Source: a virus. Taken from it: a DNA stretch of 64,000 nt. Both the position numbers and the translations under genes were made by a program. The DNA lies in the IMG/VR virus record IMGVR_UViG_3300017971_000207, positions 32,001 through 96,000 of that record; one strand, given 5' to 3'. Below the pieces are notes generated by a model that made no database searches, was not told the origin of the DNA, and saw nothing but the letters and a program-made list of their open reading frames with translations. Shown here piece by piece: positions 37,866 through 46,138 of this stretch (positions within the stretch are counted from its first letter, which is position 1; each line of letters starts with the position of its first letter).

Positions 37866-38913
37866 GGAACAGGTCGGCTAATTCGTCAGCATCGTGGTCG
37901 TCCGGGTCGTTGCCGTCCTCGGGGCTTAAAACACGCACCTTTTTGCGTCCCTTCAGGGCATGCTCCCAACGCGTAGCTGCTAGCCTACCAGGCTCGTCAC
38001 CGTCCGGAAAGATCGTGACCTCACTGAACATAGTTACAACCTTCTCGACCTGGACCTGGTTCAGGGCGGAGCCCATGACGGCTACGGCGTTTGGGTAGCC
38101 CATCTGCCGCAGGTACATGGCATCGAAGTGCCCTTCCAGCAGGATACCGGGGAGACCTCGCTCGACCAGGTGCTCCCCAAACAGGAAGTACGCCTTGTTA
38201 AACCCCTTAGAGTGGAGGAACTTAGGCTTCTGCTCCGGCTGCCAGCAACCGTCAACCTCGCGATCTAGACAGCGGCCAGTGATGCCCACCAGCTTGCCGT
38301 TCCAGTCCCGTATCGGCAGCGCTACGCGCTTTTGGTAGGAGAGCCACCCAACCCCCCACAAGGCCAACGTCGTGGCGTTAAGGTGCCTTCTCGGCCCCGT
38401 AAGATAGTCCCTAGCCCTATCCGGGAGCGGGTCTAGCTGCCGCGCGCGCTTCTCCGGCAAGATAGGATAGCTGAGACTATCTAGGCTAAGCGCAGCGCGA
38501 CCGCCCGAGACAGAGGCCGAGCCCCAGGTGGTCGTTGGGATCTTCTTGAGGCGCGCCGTCACCTTCGGCAGCTCTCGGCCCTCAATGAGCGCAATGCGCC
38601 GCTCTATCTCGTACAGCGAAGGGGACTCCTGCATAACCAGCTTGGCAGCTTGCTCATACCAGCGCCCGTAGCCACGCCGACGACCTAGACCCCACACAAG
38701 CGGTGCAAGGTCCCCGTTGATGCCGCAGCTAAAGCACTGAAAGTGAGAGACACTGTCCGGCGCTATCGAGATGCCGAAGCTGGGTGTGCGGTCCGACCCC
38801 TTGCGGTGACGCTGCGCCGCGAAGGGACAGGAGGCGTTGATCCAGGTCCCCCGCCGCTTGAGATTATAGCAGCCTATCAGCCCGAGAAGCCTCTCCACCT
38901 GGGCCTCGTCCAT
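37840..38913 (-). CDS. dnaG: DNA primase (CHC2 Zn finger plus TOPRIM)
   Basis: CPF...H...PSF...CFSCG; LLEGHFDAM; FPDGDEPG; DPDD. Confidence 0.9.
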   Translation of the reverse strand: MDEAQVERLLGLIGCYNLKRRGTWINASCPFAAQRHRKGSDRTPSFGISIAPDSVSHFQCFSCGINGDLAPLVWGLGRRRGYGRWYEQAAKLVMQESPSLYEIERRIALIEGRELPKVTARLKKIPTTTWGSASVSGGRAALSLDSLSYPILPEKRARQLDPLPDRARDYLTGPRRHLNATTLALWGVGWLSYQKRVALPIRDWNGKLVGITGRCLDREVDGCWQPEQKPKFLHSKGFNKAYFLFGEHLVERGLPGILLEGHFDAMYLRQMGYPNAVAVMGSALNQVQVEKVVTMFSEVTIFPDGDEPGRLAATRWEHALKGRKKVRVLSPEDGNDPDDHDADELADLFLDNPMSML

Positions 38914-38917
38914 ATCC

Positions 38918-39247
38918 CTACCCCTCCTTGGGCTCCCCACCCGCCCGGTCCTTTGACGTCTCGCGGTCAGCATCACCGGCAGGGAATGCTGCCACGTAGC
39001 GGCGATCAAAGTCGATGGACGCTCGAAGGGGGCGCCGTGCGTGGTCCCGCTCCCGCTTCCTACCCTTCTGCGTCAGCTTGATGTTGTCCGCCGGGCCCTC
39101 GTCCGAGCCGCGCGCCAGATAGCCGTACCGGGTTAGCTGCGCCCTGGCTATCTGGAAAGCATCCTTGAAGGATGTTGCCCCGCGCTCGCGCATTATCGCT
39201 AGGGTCATATGCTTTACCAGGCGCGGGATATCCGCAGGACCAGCCAT
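38918..39247 (-). CDS. Hypothetical basic protein
   Basis: TAATG coupling to dnaB. Confidence 0.65.
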   Translation of the reverse strand: MAGPADIPRLVKHMTLAIMRERGATSFKDAFQIARAQLTRYGYLARGSDEGPADNIKLTQKGRKRERDHARRPLRASIDFDRRYVAAFPAGDADRETSKDRAGGEPKEG

Positions 39248-41856
39248 TAGAACGGTACCCCCTCGTCAGGCGCGTCCCCTGAATCCCCACCGTGCGTCGC
39301 CGAGAAGGGGTCCTCGTCGTCATCCCCCCCACCAGGCTGCACCGGACCACCAACACGTGGGAGCTCAGAGAAGTTGCACCGGTCTATGTCCCAATTGACC
39401 TCAAACGCCTCGCCCTCCCCCTCACGCATCTTGAGGGCCTTCATCAGCATCCGGCGATCCTTCTTCATGTCGTCCGTCTGGATAAGGGCATAGGCTAGAT
39501 CAGCGTTCCACGATGACACGTCGGTCAGCGCTATGCGGTCCGCTCTAAAGGTGCTGGCCGTATTGCTTTTCACCTCGCGGTTGAACTGCATGGTTACCAG
39601 GTTCGGGACACTGGTCCGCTTGCAAATCCTCTTGAGCTCATCAAAAGCGTTGGCGGCTCGCTCCGTCCGGTTCTTGCCCTCCGTCTTTAGCAGGTAAGCC
39701 CCATCCATCACCGCCAGGTCAGGCTCATACTCACGGATGGCGTCCTCGTAGGTGTCGACACGGAAGTCAAAGTCACCCCCAATGACCTTCAAACGCTCCG
39801 AGCGCTCCACCTCCTGGACGTACGCAGCAATCCCCGCCCGAACGCGCTTCTCAGTGAAGGCATCCAGGCGCCCAAGACGCAGCTCCCGGTAGCTAACCTT
39901 GAAGTGAAGCGCAGCAAAGCGCATCGCTATCCGCAGCTTGGATATCTCCGTCGAGCCGAACAGCACCTTGTGCCCGTTCTCCCAAGCGTGGTGAGCTATC
40001 AGCGCTGTGCACCAGGTATTGTGCACGATCACGTCGTTGGCAACAAAGCAGCTCGTGGGCTCAACCGTGAAGTCGTATATCTTCTGCTCCCCAACGTCCT
40101 CAACGGCCTCCACCGTGTCCCAAAACACCTCGCTGTCCCAGAGCCAGCTGTACTCCTCGGTGCAGCCAAACTCGTCGCAGTAGACCCGCAAGGCATCGAG
40201 CGATACTGAGTAGAGGTCTCCATGCTTCTTGAACAGCTGCCGAGGCGAGAAAGTGCCTCGACCGAGCCGCTCGCAGATACGCTGCAGCTTGTCACCGTTA
40301 GGGTTGTGGTAGCCCCGCGCCCCAGCCTCACCCTTGATGCGCAACATCAGCTCCTCAGACACTCGGGGGAAGCCTACATTCGCGTTGCGGGGCCGCTTTA
40401 GAGACTCCTCCAGCCGCCTACCCTTCTCCCCCCACAGCTGGACATGCTTCGCGAAAGCTGGCAGGCACTGCGAGTAAACACGGAGCCGCCAGGCATCAAA
40501 CTTCTTGCCGTCGCAGGTAGCCTGCTTGTACCTAACGCTCGACTGCACACCAAAACGCAGCAACAGATGCTGAATCCCTCGGACGAGCTTCTCAGAGGCT
40601 AGGGTGATGCCTGGAGCCCCACTGTCCACGTACCCATCGCACATCCAGAAGACTGCGAGGAAGCGCGCCAACTGCTCCTGCGGGAGGCGGTAGACCTCCT
40701 CGGGAATAACCTTCTCTTTGCTCAACAAACCAGACACCCGAAGACGCCGCAACAATCTGTCCACCGGATTGCTCTGCGCCCCCGCGGCACGTGTAAAGCG
40801 CCAATCCCGCCCACGCGCGCTGGGCTCCAAAGTAATCCCGAAAGCCTCGGCAGCTGTCCGCCCCAACGCAACGATCGAGGGGTCATCCTTCGTAAAAGTC
40901 GGACTACCGTGAGCCGCTAAAGAACCATCAGCCAGCATAATCGCTAAGACGTCAACCTCATGCGTCTGCATACCGACAGGTTCCAAAGGCTCCGGTATCC
41001 AAGAGGGCAAACCTACTGTGCTCCCTGCTACCAATTCGTCCGCACGTTGCCACCCATCAGGCGTCAAAAAGGGGTGCTCGGGCGTGACTGTAATGCTGCG
41101 ACCTGTCCCCAGCTCAAAGCGCAAACACCGCTTGGTCCCTGTATCGTGCTTTGCCGTAATGCGCTGCACATGGACCCCGTCCTCCTTGCTCCAGCTTAGA
41201 ACGTTGACTAGATCCCCTCGCTTGTAAACGTCCTCAACGGTGTGGGGTGCACCAGTAGCCGGGTCGTGTGTAAGTGTTTGATAATACACGCATTTTCCTG
41301 TGCCGGTCTTCGCAGCAAAAAGGATAAGGTCCTCGGGCCAAAAACCGTAGGTCTCCTCATTGATCGTAGGCCAAGGCGTTAGGATGCCACGCTCCCCCGC
41401 TTTCATCCGATCGTAGTGCTCCATCACCTTCGGCCAAAGCTTGGGGATGCTCTCCGCCCGAGAGTGGGAAACCTGGTGCTCTCGGCGGATACCCCGCAGA
41501 AGGCTCTCCAGCGCGTCTAGAGCTTCGTAGGGCCGTGCGTCGTCAAGATGCTTTGCCGTCTCCAACAGGCTGTTGCGTAGGTCTATCTGCATCTTGCGCG
41601 CCCAGACCTCCTTAACGAAGAACTCCGCGGGCTCATCCACATCCGGCAGCGCTAAGCTCAGCTTAGCCTCTACCACCTGACGCGACGGCGGCGAACCATA
41701 GAGCTTCGCATGATCGTTGATAAGCTTGTAGGCCCCTGGGGCGTGCTCACCCATCAGCAGGTCAGGGCGCATAGCCGCCTCTCTAGCAACCTTGAGCCCC
41801 GCCCCGTCGCCCGCGAGAATCGCAGAGATAAGAGCTAAATCGAGATCGAGAGCCAC
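39247..41856 (-). CDS. dnaB: Replicative helicase DnaB with intein (about 444 aa after splicing)
   Basis: TPWPTINE, AKTGTGK|T, STE, MDGAYL, QFNR, ADL, KMREG. Confidence 0.92.
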   Translation of the reverse strand: MALDLDLALISAILAGDGAGLKVAREAAMRPDLLMGEHAPGAYKLINDHAKLYGSPPSRQVVEAKLSLALPDVDEPAEFFVKEVWARKMQIDLRNSLLETAKHLDDARPYEALDALESLLRGIRREHQVSHSRAESIPKLWPKVMEHYDRMKAGERGILTPWPTINEETYGFWPEDLILFAAKTGTGKCVYYQTLTHDPATGAPHTVEDVYKRGDLVNVLSWSKEDGVHVQRITAKHDTGTKRCLRFELGTGRSITVTPEHPFLTPDGWQRADELVAGSTVGLPSWIPEPLEPVGMQTHEVDVLAIMLADGSLAAHGSPTFTKDDPSIVALGRTAAEAFGITLEPSARGRDWRFTRAAGAQSNPVDRLLRRLRVSGLLSKEKVIPEEVYRLPQEQLARFLAVFWMCDGYVDSGAPGITLASEKLVRGIQHLLLRFGVQSSVRYKQATCDGKKFDAWRLRVYSQCLPAFAKHVQLWGEKGRRLEESLKRPRNANVGFPRVSEELMLRIKGEAGARGYHNPNGDKLQRICERLGRGTFSPRQLFKKHGDLYSVSLDALRVYCDEFGCTEEYSWLWDSEVFWDTVEAVEDVGEQKIYDFTVEPTSCFVANDVIVHNTWCTALIAHHAWENGHKVLFGSTEISKLRIAMRFAALHFKVSYRELRLGRLDAFTEKRVRAGIAAYVQEVERSERLKVIGGDFDFRVDTYEDAIREYEPDLAVMDGAYLLKTEGKNRTERAANAFDELKRICKRTSVPNLVTMQFNREVKSNTASTFRADRIALTDVSSWNADLAYALIQTDDMKKDRRMLMKALKMREGEGEAFEVNWDIDRCNFSELPRVGGPVQPGGGDDDEDPFSATHGGDSGDAPDEGVPF
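40018..41292 (-). mobile_element. DnaB P-loop intein (425 aa), LAGLIDADG
   Basis: GK|CVYYQT...TPEHPF...LAIMLADG...FWMCDG...IVHN|T. Confidence 0.93.
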
Positions 41857-41858
41857 AG

Positions 41859-42470
41859 CTACCTCCTCGCTCCCATGACCAGGTCCTTTAGCGCCCGGTC
41901 GCCGGTGTTACATTGGTTGGGCCCCTCCACAAGCAGCGGGACCATGCGGCCCTTGACAGCCTCCGCGAACGTCCCGAAGTCGGCGTCGATGTCCGCAAAG
42001 GGGATGCGCGTGGTAATGATGGTAGGACGCTTCCAGCCGCCCCGCTGCAACACTAAGCGCTCCAGGTCTCGGGCACCAAGCAAACGGTCCGAAGCGTCGG
42101 CGGGGTCAAGGTCGTCAAGCACCAGCAACGGGACCGCTCGCGCCCGGTCCATCATGGTCTGCTCCTCGTCGAACATCAGGCGCTTCCGAATGCTCTCGCG
42201 GAGGTCCGAGACGGATATCCAGAATACGGGCATCCGGTGGGCCCGCACCTCCTTGGCGATTAACGCGGCAATAGCACTCTTGCCCACCCCAGGAGGACCC
42301 ATTAGCAGCAGCCCCGCACAGGCCGATACCATCTGCGGAGCGCGGCTAAGGTAGCGGGCAACCACCTGCTGCACACTCTCGGGGACCTTTTCCAGCGTAA
42401 CCTCCCACAGCTCTGGTGGAAGCTGCATACGCTCCATGTCCTCGTGATCTATCTCTCGCTTGTCCATCAT
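41859..42470 (-). CDS. DnaC/IstB-like AAA+ helicase loader
   Basis: GLLLMGPPGVGKS, LLVLDDL, PTIITT; lies between the initiator and dnaB. Confidence 0.88.
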   Translation of the reverse strand: MMDKREIDHEDMERMQLPPELWEVTLEKVPESVQQVVARYLSRAPQMVSACAGLLLMGPPGVGKSAIAALIAKEVRAHRMPVFWISVSDLRESIRKRLMFDEEQTMMDRARAVPLLVLDDLDPADASDRLLGARDLERLVLQRGGWKRPTIITTRIPFADIDADFGTFAEAVKGRMVPLLVEGPNQCNTGDRALKDLVMGARR

Positions 42471-44014
42471 CTCTTCCCTGTTGCCTCCATGTACCGACGC
42501 TTCAGCTCGGGCGGCGCCGGTGTGGTGGGGTTATCCCTGAACCATTGCTCGTATTCCTCTCGAACCCCTGCTGTATCCTGGTGCTGCTGTGCCCGCGGAG
42601 CGAGCATGTCGATTAGCTTGACCACCAGCCGCAACGATGGCGTCTCCTTGGGGTCGAGCGCCTTACGCTTGAGCACCTCCCGCTGCACCTCCTCCCAGCT
42701 CTCCAACACGTAGCGGAACGTTTGCTCCACCACCGCCAGCGTGTGCCCCTCTAGCAGCTCCCGGCACTGCCCATTCTCCCGCTTACCCCACCGCTTGAAC
42801 TGGATCTTCGGCCACCGCTCCTGCAGCCCCTCAGTCCACACAGCCTTGAGGCGGTCTATCTGCTGACGCTCGCCCAGCGTAACCTTCTTGCCATTCAGGT
42901 TCGCCTGCTTCTGCTGTTTGGCCCGAGAACGCTCTATCTGTTGATCACGCCGCCGCTGAGCTTTCTCCTCCTCCTGCGCGACCGTTGCCCTCATACCGGC
43001 CAGGTCCGCGGACCGCAACGCAGTCCCAGGCGGAATATTCCGCCTACGCTCGGCAAGTGTGAGGTAGGTCGCGACGCTCTTAGGCGTGCGGCCGCGAGTG
43101 CCCGAGAGACCAGAAGGCTCCAGCGCGGTAGGTGCAGGTGTAAGGGGGCGCGCGGAAGTGGAAGGAGGGGGCTCCGAGGGGGAAGAGCGGTGAGGGGGGT
43201 TGGGGGGAGAAGAAGGGGCTAAGGCTTCTGACCTCTCGGACACCTGCTGGTCCCCCCCTTCCCCCTGGGGGGTTAGGGGGGATTTCTGAAATTCTATATC
43301 ATTCTCTACTTCTAACCCTTCTCTATTCACTTGTTCCCTTTTGGGAACACCCCCTGTTCCCTTTTGGGAACACCCCCTGTTCCCTTTTGGGAACACCTGA
43401 ACACTTGTCGAGGTGTCCCCTTTTGGTGACACCCCCCTTGCTTGGCGAGTGATGGCCTCGGACGGGACGAAGCGCCTGATAGCCGCTGCGCTCTCTGCCC
43501 CAGTAAGCCGCTGGAGTGACACCTTGATACGCTGCGCCTCGGACACTGCATCTCCTGCGGTCGTATCCTGCTCATCCCACGTGACCTCTCCATACAGGCG
43601 GCAAGCCTCCTCATCAAGCATGGCACAGACACGTTGAAGCCACGCGTCAGCAAAGAAGACCTCGTGCTCACACCCCTTGCTGTCTTGAACACGCTCGCCG
43701 AGCTGATAGACAGGAACCTGCCCCTCCTCCACCTCTATCAGGTTGATCCACCCCAGCGCCTTCATCCGCTGGATGTATCCGTTCAGCTTCGGACGTCCTA
43801 GCCCCAGCTTGTCTCCCAGCTTCGTTTGCGAGATGCGGGCTACCACCAGCCCTCCCCGGACCATGTCGCGCACTTCTCTATGGCCCGACTTGGTGCTGCG
43901 CCAGGTGAAGCGGCGCAGCATCTCGTAGGCAGTGAAGAGCATGGGGCCGAACACGGGGAGCACCCCCGAGTCGTAGAAGCTGAAGGGCTTCTTGATAAAC
44001 TGATCATCAACCAC
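42467..44014 (-). CDS. Replication initiator (lambda O-like layout)
   Basis: N-terminal wHTH (SQTKLGDKLGLGRPKLNGYIQRMKALGWI), central iteron tract, upstream of the loader and dnaB. Confidence 0.78.
   Translation of the reverse strand: MVDDQFIKKPFSFYDSGVLPVFGPMLFTAYEMLRRFTWRSTKSGHREVRDMVRGGLVVARISQTKLGDKLGLGRPKLNGYIQRMKALGWINLIEVEEGQVPVYQLGERVQDSKGCEHEVFFADAWLQRVCAMLDEEACRLYGEVTWDEQDTTAGDAVSEAQRIKVSLQRLTGAESAAAIRRFVPSEAITRQARGVSPKGDTSTSVQVFPKGNRGCSQKGTGGVPKREQVNREGLEVENDIEFQKSPLTPQGEGGDQQVSERSEALAPSSPPNPPHRSSPSEPPPSTSARPLTPAPTALEPSGLSGTRGRTPKSVATYLTLAERRRNIPPGTALRSADLAGMRATVAQEEEKAQRRRDQQIERSRAKQQKQANLNGKKVTLGERQQIDRLKAVWTEGLQERWPKIQFKRWGKRENGQCRELLEGHTLAVVEQTFRYVLESWEEVQREVLKRKALDPKETPSLRLVVKLIDMLAPRAQQHQDTAGVREEYEQWFRDNPTTPAPPELKRRYMEATGKR
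43282..43437. repeat. Candidate replication origin: palindromic 23-bp iterons plus AT-rich tract
   Basis: TGTTCCCTTTTGGGAACACC at 43332, 43355 and 43378, a degenerate copy at about 43414, and an AT/pyrimidine-rich stretch at 43282..43330. Confidence 0.8.
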
Positions 44015-44052
44015 GTCGTTTGTCCTTTAGTTGCAAACGCACCTATACCTTC

Positions 44053-44159
44053 GAGGTCGCCCCTAGGCCGAAGGAGGATTTGAGAGTCGATTCAGGCCGG
44101 CGGTATCGGGGGTAGACTCGCCTTGCCTCTCTCAAACCCTTCTTCGACCTAGGGACCTC
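44053..44159 (-). promoter_or_regulatory. Long inverted repeat in the initiator leader
   Basis: 26-nt arms (44061..44086 and 44129..44154) with 3 differences, extended by a GAGGT/ACCTC pair. Confidence 0.7.
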
Positions 44160-44223
44160 CTTGGTGGGGTACAGGGAATCGAAACCTGTAGGATCATCAA
44201 GATACCTCCATCCCCGTCGGCGG

Positions 44224-44670
44224 TCAAGAACAGGCCCGGCACCTCCTCCCTAGAGCAACCTTTACGGCGTCTAGCTCGCCCGCTAAGGCCCAGAGCTGCT
44301 CTCGGGCAGGGTCGGTAGCCTCCAGCTCCTGCGCGGCCCTGTAGACGTCATCTCGGGCGTCCGAGAGCAACGCGAAGAGCAGGTCTCGCTGGAAGGGGGT
44401 AATATCGGGCCCCTCCGGTGGAGGCTTTGGAGCGACGAGCTTGATGGTGTGGGCACCGTCAAAGAAGAGCTCGCTGGCGACCCGCAGGCAGCGCTCCAGC
44501 TCCTCGGGAGAAAGCTTCATAAAGCGTAGAGCTCGATCAGCCGCCTCTAGGCTGGACACCACCAGCTCGACACCCGGCACAGCTCCGTAAATCTCTAGCT
44601 CGTGCTCTCGCGGGAGCCCCACAGTGTTCGAGAACTGTTGGGCTGGTAGGTTATTGCCTGGGCTGCTCAT
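44224..44670 (-). CDS. Hypothetical protein
   Basis: ATGA overlap with the upstream gene. Confidence 0.65.
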   Translation of the reverse strand: MSSPGNNLPAQQFSNTVGLPREHELEIYGAVPGVELVVSSLEAADRALRFMKLSPEELERCLRVASELFFDGAHTIKLVAPKPPPEGPDITPFQRDLLFALLSDARDDVYRAAQELEATDPAREQLWALAGELDAVKVALGRRCRACS

Positions 44671-45338
44671 AGGTCCTCGAATGGTACGGAGGGGGTGGGA
44701 GGTGGAGCGGGCTTGGGGGCCGCCTTGAAGCAGCTAAGGTGGACGCCGTAGCATTCGACACCGGGGCGCAGCATGACCACCTCCTGCGGGAGGATGACAC
44801 CACGGCAGACAACACAGGCCCCTGTTTTCTTGGCGCGGCGACTTGCCCAATAGTGTCCATCGTAGTCCCCGCCTCTGGCGTGGTGCTGCCCCTCCACATA
44901 GCGACGGCGCTCGTTTAGGCAGCTTCGGTGGAGATAGATACTTTCAGTAGGAGAGGAGCAGACCGCTATCACCTCTCGGGCGTGATAAGGCTTCAGGCAG
45001 CTGTCACATGCACCACCGACCCCTCGGGCTTGAATGTGCCAGCTGGTTCCCCCAAACCCTAGAGTGACCGTCGGGGAGGTGCCAGGAGGGGGAGAGGCTC
45101 TTGGATGGTTAGGACGCACACGGGCCTCCCAGCCAGCCACGATGTCGTAGAGATCATCAATATCTTCCCCAAGCCCGGTAGGCGCCTGAGCGTTGGGCAG
45201 CCTGACGGTCATGCCGTGCTTGTCCATCAACTGCAGAGCGAGCACGGCGCAGGTCCGCGACTCCTCGGCGCTGTCGGTCACTAAGGAACGGTGAATAAGG
45301 TCATTCACCTTACCCAGGGCCTTCTGCTTATCGCTCAT
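44667..45338 (-). CDS. Hypothetical protein, DUF2786-like N-terminus and two Cys/His motifs
   Basis: KVNDL...AEE...ALQLMDKHG; CDSC...H..C and CVVC...H..C. Confidence 0.55.
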   Translation of the reverse strand: MSDKQKALGKVNDLIHRSLVTDSAEESRTCAVLALQLMDKHGMTVRLPNAQAPTGLGEDIDDLYDIVAGWEARVRPNHPRASPPPGTSPTVTLGFGGTSWHIQARGVGGACDSCLKPYHAREVIAVCSSPTESIYLHRSCLNERRRYVEGQHHARGGDYDGHYWASRRAKKTGACVVCRGVILPQEVVMLRPGVECYGVHLSCFKAAPKPAPPPTPSVPFEDL

Positions 45339-45344
45339 GGACTG

Positions 45345-45659
45345 CTAGTGAGAGTGGCTATGGATCCAGCCACGCCCCTCACATTCTGGGCACTGCTGAA
45401 CCGATGTTAAAGCCCACCGCCCGTCTAGAACCTGGAGAGCCCCCCGTCGACGCAGGCGCTGCAGCGTCCGCGACAGCTCGCGATTGTCCATCCCTAGCTC
45501 TTGGCGCAGCTCCTTACTCCCTTTGGGGCGCAGCCGTAGCGCCCCCTGAATGCTCTGCTCTACCCTCTCTGGGCTAACTACCGCGTGCTCTGTGCCTTGC
45601 TCCTCGCTCGTCTGCTTCTTGCTCATTGCTGCCTCCAATAGGCGACCATGTGGTCGCAC
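45345..45659 (-). CDS. Winged-helix plus Zn-ribbon protein (start probably MSKKQ)
   Basis: KELRQELGMDNRELSRTLQRLRRRG; CPECEGRG. Confidence 0.65.
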   Translation of the reverse strand: MRPHGRLLEAAMSKKQTSEEQGTEHAVVSPERVEQSIQGALRLRPKGSKELRQELGMDNRELSRTLQRLRRRGALQVLDGRWALTSVQQCPECEGRGWIHSHSH

Positions 45660-46136
45660 CTAGAAGAGACCGTCCACCTCATCCCCCACCGGGGTTTCTT
45701 CGGCCTCTGTGATCTTTGCAGGTGTACCCCTCACCCGCATCATAACGGCTGGGGATAGCTGAACGTAATAAACCGGGAGTTCTGCAGGAGCGCCCGTGTG
45801 AGATTCGAAGAGATGGCGGACTGCCCCTCTGAAGCAGCGGCCGCAGTAGGGACCACCGAGCCGTCCTTGGGGGTCGGCACCTACGCCACCGCTCAACCCT
45901 ACCCATAGTAAGCGCTTAGGGTCGAGGGTCCGGCAGGTCTTACAGCGGACGGAGACAACTGGGGCGTTCGTGCGCATAACGCCCCGCATGTCCTGGTAGA
46001 TCGCTGCCACCAGCTCAGGATGAGCCCGCCACTGCTTAAGGTTCACCTTCCCGACCAGCGACCCCAGCCGAACATCGAGCCTCTTCCCACAGTCGTCGCA
46101 TACCCCTTTCGGGCCTGTGTAAAGCGTCTGTGGCAT
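45660..46136 (-). CDS. Cys-rich hypothetical protein
   Basis: Three CxxC motifs; GGAGG SD. Confidence 0.6.
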   Translation of the reverse strand: MPQTLYTGPKGVCDDCGKRLDVRLGSLVGKVNLKQWRAHPELVAAIYQDMRGVMRTNAPVVSVRCKTCRTLDPKRLLWVGLSGGVGADPQGRLGGPYCGRCFRGAVRHLFESHTGAPAELPVYYVQLSPAVMMRVRGTPAKITEAEETPVGDEVDGLF

Positions 46137-46138
46137 TA

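Noticed and set aside
43332-43437. Palindromic repeats as a CRISPR array
   Set aside because: The 23-bp units are contiguous with no spacers, lie inside a CDS, and no cas genes are present; iterons fit better.
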